Source: Yuukianura sp. NJ FZ-2021
Taxonomy: Eukaryota
Direction: 5' to 3'
Length of the DNA stretch: 64,000 bases
Assembly: GCA_046563655.1 (NCBI GenBank)
Contig: CM102285.1
Span: 12,028,001 to 12,092,000, forward strand
Part shown: piece after piece, positions 52,810 through 64,000 of the stretch
Position numbering within the stretch: the stretch's first letter is position 1
Layout: each line of letters opens with the position of its first letter
The notes under the pieces: generated by a model
Databases searched by the model: none
What the model saw: only the letters and a program-made list of their open reading frames with translations
Told to the model about the DNA's origin: nothing
Program-made: the position numbers and the translations under genes

Positions 52810-53417
52810 TCAGCGACGACCACCTCCGAAGTACTGCTCTGGGCTGATCTGGAACGTGAACGGTTCAGCGACTCCGTTTCCACTCGTCGGAAGTGCAGCG
52901 TTGATGACGAGAGGCTCCATGGCCGGAAGTGGGCCCAGCTTTGATCCAGAATTTCCGACTTGGATTGGAATGGAGATGGGCTGGATGTCACCTTTTCCAC
53001 CTGGATACATACAAAATCAATTAAGTAAGCACCATGACAACAATATATCAAAACAAATTTGGAAAAATAATAATCAAACAAACCTTGTCCAGGAATGCTC
53101 ATGAAGGCCACGGGGGCTGGTGGAGCTGGACGATTCGTAGAGCTCATCGCTTGAGGCTGGACAGGCATGGTGTAGGTGTAAGATGGCGCCGACGATTGTC
53201 CGGAGTTCCCTCCCCAGCTGTAGTTGGAATTCCCCTGCAATTCCATTGGCAACGAGTTGGTCCAAGAGAGACAGTCACGGACAGTGTCCTGGCGACCTCC
53301 GAAGGGTCCCATCAAGTTTGTTTGTGACAGGGCAGCAGACCGGGCTCCTGGACGATGGCCACCGAACATGAAGGGGGCGTAGGACGGTGACGAGTTGGGG
53401 AAGCAGTTGTTTGGCAT
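52810..53417 (-). CDS. Two-exon Gly/Ser/Pro-rich low-complexity protein (~175 aa), unknown
   Basis: MPNNCFPNSSPSYAPFMFGG...FMSIPGQ splices in phase 1 to GGKGDIQPISIPIQVG...EQYFGGGRR*; a core promoter lies directly upstream. Confidence 0.7.
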
Positions 53418-53511
53418 GGTGACTTCGGACGGGGTCAATGAACTTGAAAAGATTTTAGAAAATTGCGAGAGCAAAAGAAAGAACAACCGTCTTCTTCGGG
53501 AGACAAACAGC

Positions 53512-53548
53512 GACTGAAGGAAAAGAATCGCTGCTCTACCTTTTATAG
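53512..53548 (-). promoter_or_regulatory. TATA box plus arthropod initiator
   Basis: Minus strand TATAAAA begins at 53547; TCAGTC initiator has its A at 53515, 32 nt downstream. Confidence 0.7.
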
Positions 53549-54019
53549 TTTTTGGTGCAAGCCAGTCTGAAAACGATTGTTACTTATGTGAAACACAAAT
53601 AAAAGTCTGAGGTTTCCTAGGCAACAAATATTTAGCGACAAGAATCGCTGCAAAAAGGAAAATGTTACTAAGTTAGGCTTAAAAGTTCGTCAGCGTATTC
53701 ATTTTCTGCAATTTTGAACACTTGAAAGCGTTTTAGGAGCGATTGGAAGCGATAGAAGATGAAAGAGTTGGAAAAAGAAGCGATTGAAAGCAGTGGTTCT
53801 GATGCTGGTTTGGCACTGAAATTTTGACAGAAGTTGACCGGATATTATACAGCACGAGAAGGTTCCTCTCCCTCCTTTGCTAACGAGAGAAGCGAGTGCG
53901 GGAAAATAAAAAGTTGAGGTGGGCAGGGAGCCTTTCTGGGCCGTACGATCCCCTTGCAGCTCCGATCACTTTCGAAACAGGCTCCTCATCTTCCCCATGT
54001 TAAATCTCTCAGAAAATTT

Positions 54020-55301
54020 CGAAAAATCAAAAACTTTAAAAATTCATATCTCGCGAACGGAAAGCGATAAAAAGCTAATTTCTTCGCGAGTCAACTTTAA
54101 AAAATGCGAAGAATAGTTCAAAATTTTAAAAATTAAAAAAAAAATTCACAAAAAAAAAAAATTTAGAAATTCGCCGGAAACTTCTTGTTCGCTTTTAAAC
54201 TCTTTTAAAACTTAAAAAATACCTACTGTACGTTGTTCTGAATTCAGCAATGAAGAGATCTCGCAAATAATGCACTCCGTTCCTGAGTTATGAATTTTGA
54301 AACTTTTTTGATTTTTGAAATGTTTTGTATGGAAATAAGTTTGAATGGACGAAAAAGTTGAGGGATTAATCCATTCAAAAGTCATCACTTTTCGACTCAA
54401 CTTTTTCACTCCCACACAAACACCCTCATTTTTCGGTCGTTTTTAACTTCGAAAAATTTCAACTTTGCAGCGATTTCTGTGGCTCCAGCGCTCGGATCTA
54501 GTCATCCGACATCGTCCTAAACAATTTGATGCAAAAATTTTAAAAAATAAAAAACAGGAAGTACAGAAAAAAAGCACACCATCAAAATTTTGACAGCTTT
54601 AGGGTGCTTTTTAGAATTTTTTAAAAATTCTACACATTTTTCTGAATTCAGGCGTGTAGAGTAAAATTCTCTATGTCTTTCCGTTCAAAAGTTATGATTT
54701 TTTAAGGTTTTTTGAATTTTGAAATTAAGTTTGAATGGAGGAAAAAGTTGAGGGATTAGCCCATTCAAAAGTCATCACTTTTCGACTCAACTTTTTCATC
54801 CCCCTCCAAGCACTCATTTTACCAGTTTTTCACTTCGAAAAATTTCCACTTTGCAGGGATTTCTGTGGCTCCAGCGCTCGGATCTAGTCATCCGACATCG
54901 TCCTAAACAATTTGATGCAAAAATTTTAAAAAACGAAAACAAACTAGTATAGAAAAAAAACACAGCATCAAAATTTTGACAGCTTTAGGGTGCTTTTTAG
55001 AATTTTTTAAAAATTCTACACATTTTTCTGAATTCAGGTGTGAGAAGCTTAATTCTTTATCTCTTTCCGTTAAAAAGTTATGAATTTTTAAAGTTTTTCG
55101 AATTTTGCAATTAAGTTTGAATGGACGAAAAAGTTGAGGGATTAGCCCATTCAAAAGTCATCACTTTTCGACTCAACTTTTTCACTCCCACACAAACACC
55201 CTCATTTTTCGGTCGTTTTTAACTTCGAAAAATTTCAACTTTGCAGCGATTTCTGTGGCTCCAGCGCTCGGATCTAGTCATCCGACATCGTCCTAAACAA
55301 T
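54020..55301. repeat. About three diverged tandem copies of a ~390-bp unit plus one partial inverted copy (probable transposon-derived repeat)
   Basis: GATTTCTGTGGCTCCAGCGCTCGGATCTAGTCATCCGACATCGTCCTAAACAA recurs near 54471, 54858 and 55248; 54020-54130 resembles the reverse complement of 55005-55100. Confidence 0.85.
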
Positions 55302-55480
55302 AAGACTCTTATTCCATGGCGTCTTTTTCGACAAAAAAAATTTCCTCGTGACAACAAAGGTGTTGATTTTGGAAGAAACGTAAATGAAATCGTATTTTAC
55401 ATGAAAAAACTTGAAGGAATGCTTTGATTTATTAAAAAATGGCTTCTTCTGATCAGTTTATTGTATGAAACTCAGGCGAC

Positions 55481-56487
55481 ATGCTAGCCACAATACTTGG
55501 AACGAATCGTTCCGTGATATTCCTTCTAGTCAGTGTCAGCTTCGTCGTCAGCGTGTCTTCTCTGGACAGATACAAGCGAAATGATGGAAACAGTTACGAC
55601 GAGCCAACAAAATCAGAAATGGATCGACTTTCCAAGCTGTATGGACGTGAAACTGTCGAAGCCCGCAGAAATGATTTTATACAAGTTGGGGAACTTGGTC
55701 AGCGTCAACAGGTTTGTGGCTTTTTATAAGCAAATAGTACGGAGTTTAACGTGCATTTGATGTTTTAAAATACAGAAACGATTAATTTAACGTTCTATTT
55801 GTAGCCAATTTTTCATCCTCGCCCGGCTCCACTTGACGCTCGAGACTTCCGAGAGTACCGACAAAACGAAATCAGGACACAAGCTCAGCAGTTGCAGAAC
55901 CAGCCCTTGACGCCGTCAATTGTCAAGAGTCTTCTTAGAGAACTGTTGCAGCGTCTAGACACTCTGGATATGCCAGAGCGAAACGCCGACGACACTGGAG
56001 CTGGTAGACCGACTCCTGGAGAAGGTCGCTGTTCTCTTCACGGACTTTGGATTTCGGCCATAACAGGAGTAGCTTTTCAACTCGAACCAAGTCTTTCCGC
56101 TGGATCCCATTCTAATGTTCTCCATGTTCAAGTTGTCGATGTCGGTAGCGTCGGTAAAAGTCCAGAAACGCAGTTCGTCACGAGCGAATGGGCTGGAACT
56201 GCTCAAGTATCCACGGAAAGTCCCACAACTATCAGCATCATCCTGCAAGAAAAAATGACCGTAAGAATAATGCCAAAAACAAATCGAAAAAATATTGTTA
56301 AAAATGCAATTCTTACGTTCAGAATCCAGAAGTGGAACCAAAAACGGCAGTTTTTGTCGGCCAATGCGTAGTCTGCAACACATCACCAACAATCCAAGGA
56401 ACTTGGGTGCTGTTTCCCAAGAATCAAATCTGCTTCCAGGAAGCTAACCCTCCAACATCAGATGTCATGTACCTTCTAACAGCTTAA
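55481..56487 (+). CDS. Secreted 283-aa protein with C-terminal avidin-like domain
   Basis: Exons 55481-55711, 55805-56260, 56323-56487, all phase 0. Signal peptide, then RCSLHGLWIS...TAVFVGQCVVCNTSPTIQGTWVL, resembling avidin KCSLTGKWTN...TTVFTGQC...LKTMWLL. Confidence 0.7.
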
Positions 56488-57864
56488 AAATGGTTGTAGT
56501 TCCACCACCATCTTCAGTAAACGTAATTTGGTGGTGTTTATTTAAATAAATTGTAGTAAAAACACTAAAATTCTTGTACTGTTGTCTACAATTAAAATAC
56601 GTGTTTGCGACTCTTGGTCAAACGACCTTTTGCTAAAGCAAAATCAAATTGTAAATGTGATGTATAACACTACGATAACAAAGTTCTACATAGTAGTAAC
56701 AACAAGCGAATTCAGATACAAAAACAGAACTTAACATTAGTGACAATTCTGCACTAATTAACTTCCCTATAATCCTAACTCTAAATGTTATTTGGTAAAC
56801 GATGCTGAGTAAAGCTAACTGAACTTTACGCAGCGCTGTCACTCATAAAGTGCCAACACGTTAACAACTATTGAGGTAAAACTGAATTTGAACCACCAAA
56901 AACACAAAGACTGCAGAAGTTCTTTTCTAAAGAAGCGTCCAACGTACCAAACAAAATCTACTTTCCAAGTATTAATACTAAATTCTATAAATACTTAACG
57001 TTAATTTGAAACTTTCCTTGTTAAAGTTAACAATTTCGTTAAAGTTACATAGTAAATATGGCAGCAGCGTTCTTTTTCAAAAGGGGATGAGACACAAGGC
57101 AAGTCAAAATATAAAATCCTAAGGTCATACGCATACCCTGCCTCGTTCAATTTTAAAACTGTGAAGCAGTAGCTTTTCTCATTGAACAAATTCCTATTTG
57201 TGTCTTGTTTTAAACTAAAGCAACGAAAAAGTACTTTATACTTAAAAACTCTCCCCAATTTTTGTCAAATCACAATTTCGATATTACCCAGTACCATCAG
57301 TCCAGTTATAACCTGCCTCCACTCAGTATTTTTAGTAGGTAACACCTAACAATTAATTAAGTTACTCGTTCAAACACGGGCCAATTTCAAATATTTGGTT
57401 AAGCTTAACTCTTGACAAAAAGTTTAGTTATGCCGAGAAGGACACAATGAAAATCCCAGTCTTATCATGGTTAGGTCTGAAACTTGACTGCAAGCTTTTC
57501 TAAAAATTAATTGTGCCTCGCGTTTTAAAAAATTCTGAACGTTCATCCGCTCAATTCGTCCCTCCTGGCAAACTTAGCATTATGTCAACCTGAATTTGCG
57601 TTAAATACTAAAGACAAGTGACCATTGATTCAACTATCACATAGTTAAAATAAGTTTAGAAGGTTAACTTATCAAAATGGCTTCGTCACCTAGCAGACTA
57701 AGCTTCGTCTGAAACTAATTTCAGCACAGCAGGGTTGAAGAAAGTTTTGCTCGCCTATTACGTAGACGTATGAACAACTTCTAAAAACTTGCTTTGGTTT
57801 TGACCTCTGCTGCTATCCAGAAAACAGCTAAGAAAGTATGAGGTTTTGGCTGTCGAAAGTAAAG

Positions 57865-60800
57865 CTAACATTTAAGGACATCCAGTTTCTCATACTTTCG
57901 GTCCGTGGCAATAAAATTTGCCAAAGTTTTCTTGACTCTGAGAGCTGTCAGTCTTGCTGCGGCATTTCCGTACCAGCATTCCTTCATCAACTTTGACATC
58001 AGTTTCAGCTCCTGCAAGAAATCACGTTTAAGTTTAGTCTTAATTTCTTCACAAAGTTTAAAAGCACATTCTCGGAACTAGTGTCGCTGTAGGTCGAGAC
58101 AGGATTTTTCAAACACTTGTCGCGTAAAAAGCTATAGTCACCACAAGTCAAAACTTACATCGCACTGCCATCGATTTGGGATGGACGGTCTCTGTTGCTC
58201 CACACAAACGGCCTTTCGCATGTCTTCAATGCTTGGATCTGTTGGGACGACATCGTAGTACGGGAGCTGGAACTCGTCATAGATTCCTAAATGAACACCA
58301 AATCAACAACTTTTAGAAACAACGACACGTTTACTTCAAAATCAATCTATTTTGGCAATGTACAACATCTTCCATACCTCCAACATTGCATCTCCTCGCT
58401 ATCTCCCAGAAACATAGTGCCAAGGCATACACGTCCGCCCTTTTAAATGAGTCAAAGTGCTTCATATTTATGGTTTCATCCAAAACCTAAAACAGAAAAG
58501 AAAACGTGAATAAATTCAGAACTCGCATTTATTGGCAAGCGTCCCCATTCGCCGCGAGAACTGCATGTCGTGTTACATACTTCTGAACGTGACAAGTTTT
58601 AGCAATAAAAGTGCTACTCTATGACTTCTGGAGAAAATGCTGCCAAAATCTAAGCTTACCTCTGGTGGCATGTATCGTTTTGTCCCGCATCGATTGTTGA
58701 TGGGTATGTCCACCTCGTCTGTTTCGGTCGCATAACGCACAGCAAGTCCAAGGTCTCCAATGCAACAGGTACCATTGCTCTTGACCAAAATGTTCTTTGT
58801 TTTCAAATCTCTGTGGGATATGGCCGGTTTTCCTTGAGTCCCAACAATTTCCATGTGCAAATGAGCCAAGCCAGTAGCAATTGAGAAAGCCATTCTGATC
58901 ATCGTCACTGGATCCACAGTATTTCGGCTCAAATAATCAAACAGGGATCCCTTCTCATGGTAGTCTGTCACCAGCCAAAGTTGAGTCCAAGTTCCATTAT
59001 CTAAAAAAAAGAAAGAATTTTCTCAAAATTGAGCTAATTTAGAAGCTGCGAATAATTCTTGTTGGAATATTTAAACGCGAAGGTGGGTAATCACAATCCG
59101 CAACGTTAAGAGCTCTCTAGAAATTGCTAGGAAGCTTGAAATTCTGAATTTTCCTACAAACAGTCTCAAAACCTATTTGTAATACACATTTTTGAAATGA
59201 ATTTTCGTTTTTGAAAATTATAAAACTCACCGTACAAGTAAAAATCAAACCTTTTTATTGCTACAATCAGACGCCACACTAAAATTAATTATTTTCTTCC
59301 CGGGATTTCAAGCCTGAATTACGACCAGAAAAATATAAAAATTTTAATACGGCGTAAGGAAACAGCAAAATTTTTTCTTTCATTTTCTTCAAATTTTTTA
59401 ACGACAATTGAAATTAGTTAACTGAAATTGAGTTGAAAAGCAATGAAACCCGGAGAAAACGCGAAAATAAACAGCGATTTGGTCTTCAACGCCTTTGACC
59501 TTTGGAGTCATTGTGGGTTCAACTTCTCTATGCATCAATGAATCAATAGATTTGAATTTGATTAGCAAAAAAACCTATTCTTAGAAATAAATCATAAAGC
59601 AAAAATACTGTGATTTCTAAAATTGGATCCAGTCAACCGAAACACAGTATTTGTGCCTAGTTAGACTGAATAGACTCCAATTTGAAGTCAAAGGAGAAGC
59701 TGTAACGATCTTAATCAGCTTTACAAACCTTGTCATTTCGAACAAACTTTCGCCTTCTGCCAAAACATTTTGGCAAATCAAACAGTAATTTTTGAACCTA
59801 ACTTTCTTTCCTCAAATGCATTCTCACAAAGAAGAAAGCAAACCTTTGTGCTTTGCTGATTTCTTCTTACCTTTATTGTCCGCTGCAATAAATCCAAGGA
59901 TGTTTTCATGCCTCAGCATCACCGTTTGGTAAATTTCAGCTTCACGAAACCAAGATCTTTCCTCTCGTGACGAGAATATTTTAACGGCGACATTTTCACC
60001 TCTCCAGCGACCGCGCCAAACTTCTCCGTAGCGTCCTTTGCCAACTTCTTCAATCAGTTGCACTTGTCGAGCAATACTTCGCTGCACCAAAAGCGGTAGA
60101 CCTGCAAATTCCAAAAATCCGTAAGATTAGATAACCAAAATTACTAGAAATGTCAACATCTCATAAAATTTCAACCTCATCTAATCAATTCAAGACTAAA
60201 ATTTTAGCTAAAGTTTTCATGTGTTAAAGAAAAGCTTTCGATTTTCTCTAAAAACTATCCTTTGGCACAGAAAACAAAAGACATTCGCTGAGCCAACGTG
60301 ACTTTGACCTTGAACTCTGATCTTTGATTTTTCCTCAGACTCGCGTTTGTGTAAAGTGCGAATCTAGATTTAGCGGGAGATGAGAAGGTTAGGCTAGGAT
60401 TAATTAAATTTGATTTGTTGGCTTTACCAGAACCGGATCCGCTCGTTGTCATTTCAATTAAATCTTTTATGCGTGGCCCCGACGGATCCGTGTCAATCCC
60501 ATTTCCGATGCTCTTGATAAACGGATCTTGTTCGTCCAAGAACTTGTTCACATTCTGTTGTTTCTTTTGCCAGAGGTAGAAGAAGATCAGTACCACGCAG
60601 AGGCAGATAACAATGATCGGACCAGCAATTACGAACGTCATCTCCCAAACACCCAGTTCGTAACTTGATCCATGTTTTTCTGTAAATGATTAGCACAAAG
60701 CAAAGTTCATATTTCAATTTACCCAATTTCGTTCATCAAGTCCTTGAATTCTACAATTTATAATTTTCCCAAAAGTTGGCAGTCTCTCAATCCAATACAA

Positions 60801-62931
60801 TGAAAAAAAAAAAGTAACCTTCCGTTAATTTTCTGAAAATTTTAGAAATTCTATGACTTTGGAAGGGAAATATTTTGTTCTCAGGAGAAAAGCAAAGCAA
60901 GTTTTAGCTTCAAAATTAAAATTCAAAGATTCGTCGTCTTTTTTTTTAGATGAACATTAGCACGTTAGTTAAGCTTGTTAGTTAGTAATGAATTAATAAA
61001 GTGCTGGTGGTGCAAATTATTAGCCGATTTTAGTGAGGCGGTAAGTGTTTGTGCAAATGTTAGAGTCGTGAGCTTGTCTTAAACCTAATTTACTGCATTT
61101 CGCAATTTCGGAAGCATAAAAGCCTTAAGAACTAAGATTTGAAAAATCCCCGGTGCTTTGACACAATCTTCAAAGAGCAATTTAAAAAATAATTATTTCT
61201 ACTACAAATTCGTTTTTACGAATTGAAACCTCCAATTCAATACTTATCAGTAAGACTTAAAACACAAAAGCTTAGCTAACACTTAAAAATTAATTCCGAA
61301 AACAACTCATCGGTTCCATTGCCGCTTGAAGGGCAAAAGTGGAATCGTAGATTCAGGAATAACAAAATCAGATACAGAATAACAATTCACAAAAATTCTC
61401 CAGAATAAAAATTCAGACGAAGTCAAGCAGTCTGCCGTCTTCAATTCGTTTGCATTTAAAATTTCTAGTTTCAATGTAGATTGGAAGCAAATAGAACAAA
61501 AGGAAAAATGTATTGCCTCTTTTTCGAGTGGGAGGCCAAAGTTGTTTTTTTTTTTAAATCAAATTTTTTAAAAAACCAAGACGAAGCCTCGTAAATGTCA
61601 AAGAAAAAGAACCAATAACATCTTTCGCAACTTACTTTTCAAATGGCTGTTACTTGAAATGGATTTCAATAAGCCAAGAACAACAACAAAGGCAGAACCA
61701 AAAGCTAATTTTCGCATACTTGTGTAGCAAAATTATTCAAAAGCGCCCCAATCAATCAGAAAGCGGAGGCTTTGGCTTCTTCTAAATAAAAATTACTAGT
61801 TTCAGCACAAACATTACGTCTGTCAGCATCATTCATAGTCCCAGCGAAAATTATTCGTAAAATAACTTTTCTTCCCTTCATACCAGTTACGTACTACGTG
61901 AGAACCTTTCAAAATTTCAACACAAGCCTCACAAATACACATTTTACGGCTCCAGCTCCTCCCAACAACATCGTTAAAACGGAAATTTCAAAAACAGTAA
62001 AATACTTTCGTTTTTCCCCTTGACCCAGGGAAGGGAAAATGCGTGTAACAGGAGGTTAATGACAAGTTGTAAACTTTTTCTGCAGCTTCTCTTAGAATTT
62101 TGCGAAAAAAAAAATGGTCTCAACAGGATAACATCTGCTTCACCTTCAACAATTTCATGCTCTTCAACTTTACCTTATAGCTTCCCCCGATTTCAAATCC
62201 AATGGAATCCGATTGGCAACTCCAAATCTCTTTTCACAGAGATCAAATTCATTTGAACGACAAAATTCAGACCTTGCGCTACGAAATTCCAGGAAAATCG
62301 TCTCAGAATATCCAGAAGCAAAGTCTAACAGAATTGCGAGGTGTACCAACAAGAATACAATATCTAGCCATAAGAAGTTACCAGAGATGCTTAACGATAT
62401 CAATTCATGCAACAAAAGCCCTTTTTAAAGAACGTCCCAGCAGAGAACCACCTTGGCAAAAAATTTGAAAGTAGAAATTTGAAAATATGACATGAAAAAT
62501 ATGAAAAAAATTTATTCAAAGCCCAGAAGCACCATGAAACCGAAAGACAACAATTTCCAGTTGAGAGAAGAAGAAAAAATCCCAAATAGCACCACCAGTT
62601 CCACCAGCGAAAAGCCAAAAAACGAAAAATTTAAATTGCAAAAAAAAATCCCAGTAGCGACAAACAGAAATTGAAAGATTTCCCCAGCAAATGCAGAAGT
62701 TTTTTAGAAGACGATGCTGTATCTTGATCCGATGAAGATTGGACTTGAAGATGAAGATGCTCACCTAGGGCAAGGTAACTTTGTCTTTCGAGTAGTGCAG
62801 CAGCAAGTACTTGACACATTGGACTCAATTGAGCATTACAGTAATCCTGGTCGTTGCAACATTCTGTACACTTGTCTATGTCACCTACTGCTGGACACTG
62901 TCGAACGTCGAACAGACCGCGCCCAGTGCAG
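57865..62931 (-). CDS. babo: TGF-beta/activin type I receptor (ALK4/5/7 class), 5' exons outside the window
   Basis: Cys box [11 protein letters not shown] helix, GS box [32 protein letters not shown]45 loop [14 protein letters not shown] (Smad2/3 type), [20 protein letters not shown]. Confidence 0.95.
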
Positions 62932-64000
62932 CTACAAAGTGGAAAAAACAAAACAAACGAAATAGTAATGGGTTCACACGTTGCAAAATTCCTTCCTTGT
63001 TACAGACAAAAACGAAACTTCAAAGTTGGTAAAAAGTCAGAATTTTAGAAATACCAAAATCTATAACTCCAGCAAAGTCTTAAATACTTCGAAAATTTTA
63101 ACGAAATAATTAATTTTAAATTGCTCCTTAAAATTATATCGCACCGTACCGTACCATCGACCAAATTTTCCAAAGCTGCTGCAATAATTAGTCATTTCCA
63201 GGCATTTTTTGCTTTTAGTTCTTAACGTTCTAGCTACAGCGAAATCTACACACTACAGTAGTAATTCCAAAAAAGGAAATTAAAAACCAAAAGAGTCCAT
63301 TCACCAGTACGACAAAGCTTTTCAATGGACGCTTTGCGCAATGCAAGCAAATATGGTTAATCATCACCAAAATCAGGGAGTTCAATGTGTGCCATTCAAA
63401 AACCATACCCCTAGTTTCTTTTCTCGAATTCAAAATTGAAAACTGGAAATTTTGAATGTGCAGGATGAAAAATATCGATAGTAAGTAACTCAGCACTTGG
63501 AACCACAGAAAAACACAAGGGAATTCTAAATTATTCAATTGAGGTCAACCACAAATCGTTCTCAAACTCAAGTTCTTATAATCTGAAACTTGTGTTATTT
63601 TTCAAAGACGACGCATTTGACAGAATATCGTGGGAAACTGAATCCAAACACAAATTCAGTCCAGGATGCATGGAATGAAATAAAAAAATGCTAGCTTGTG
63701 GCTATCTACGGCATAAGTAAAATTTTAGCACATAAACTACCAATGCGGTGCATGGATTGTTGCTTACTGCTTACTGCAAAAATTGCGACTATGTTCAGCA
63801 TATAATTCGGATAATCCGATCTTAGAACAGTTAGCAGTTTAGCCATCACCAGCACAATTCCAAAAGCTCAAAAACTAAACCGTCACCAATTGCCGAGTCC
63901 TAATTTTAAACGTGCTCAATTGAATGATACCGCAATTTAAATTTTAAAAAATGGATAGGAGAGATTTAAAAAAAATTGTATTGGATTGGATTCGAGACGA

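Noticed and set aside
62020..62764. Several short overlapping ORFs inside the babo intron
   Set aside because: No Cys box, splice support or recognisable domain
63473..63480. DRE motif TATCGATA
   Set aside because: Single 8-mer in an intron with no linked gene start

Overview
AT-rich, very gene-dense eukaryotic DNA with many short (mostly 55-110 bp) spliceosomal introns. Gene content (baboon-type receptor, SmydA-type SET protein, TATA + TCAGT initiator) points to an arthropod; a compact-genome hexapod such as a springtail is my guess only. I built about 19 spliced gene models by hand. Recognisable genes: ALDH3, a degenerate SMYD, TSC1, ODF2-like, a double BTB protein, ECI2, SNX16, two SLC7 transporters, an F-box protein, cytochrome b5, UGDH and babo (partial). 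There are also several small orphan ORFs, a 59-bp tandem array, a 1-kb foldback element with a TA target duplication and a ~390-bp repeat cluster. The most unusual observations are: (1) a ~487-aa protein with a divergent profilin domain at the end of a long disordered S/T-P-x-R repeat arm; (2) a secreted avidin-like protein with a pro-region; (3) seven perfect AGGTCAAAGGTCA (DR1) 13-mers, all intronic and in both orientations; (4) an ECI2 whose SKL peroxisomal signal reads SK-TGA-TAA; (5) a SET domain with degenerate catalytic motifs; (6) an 8-Cys secreted peptide. All family calls come from motif recognition by eye, not database searches.
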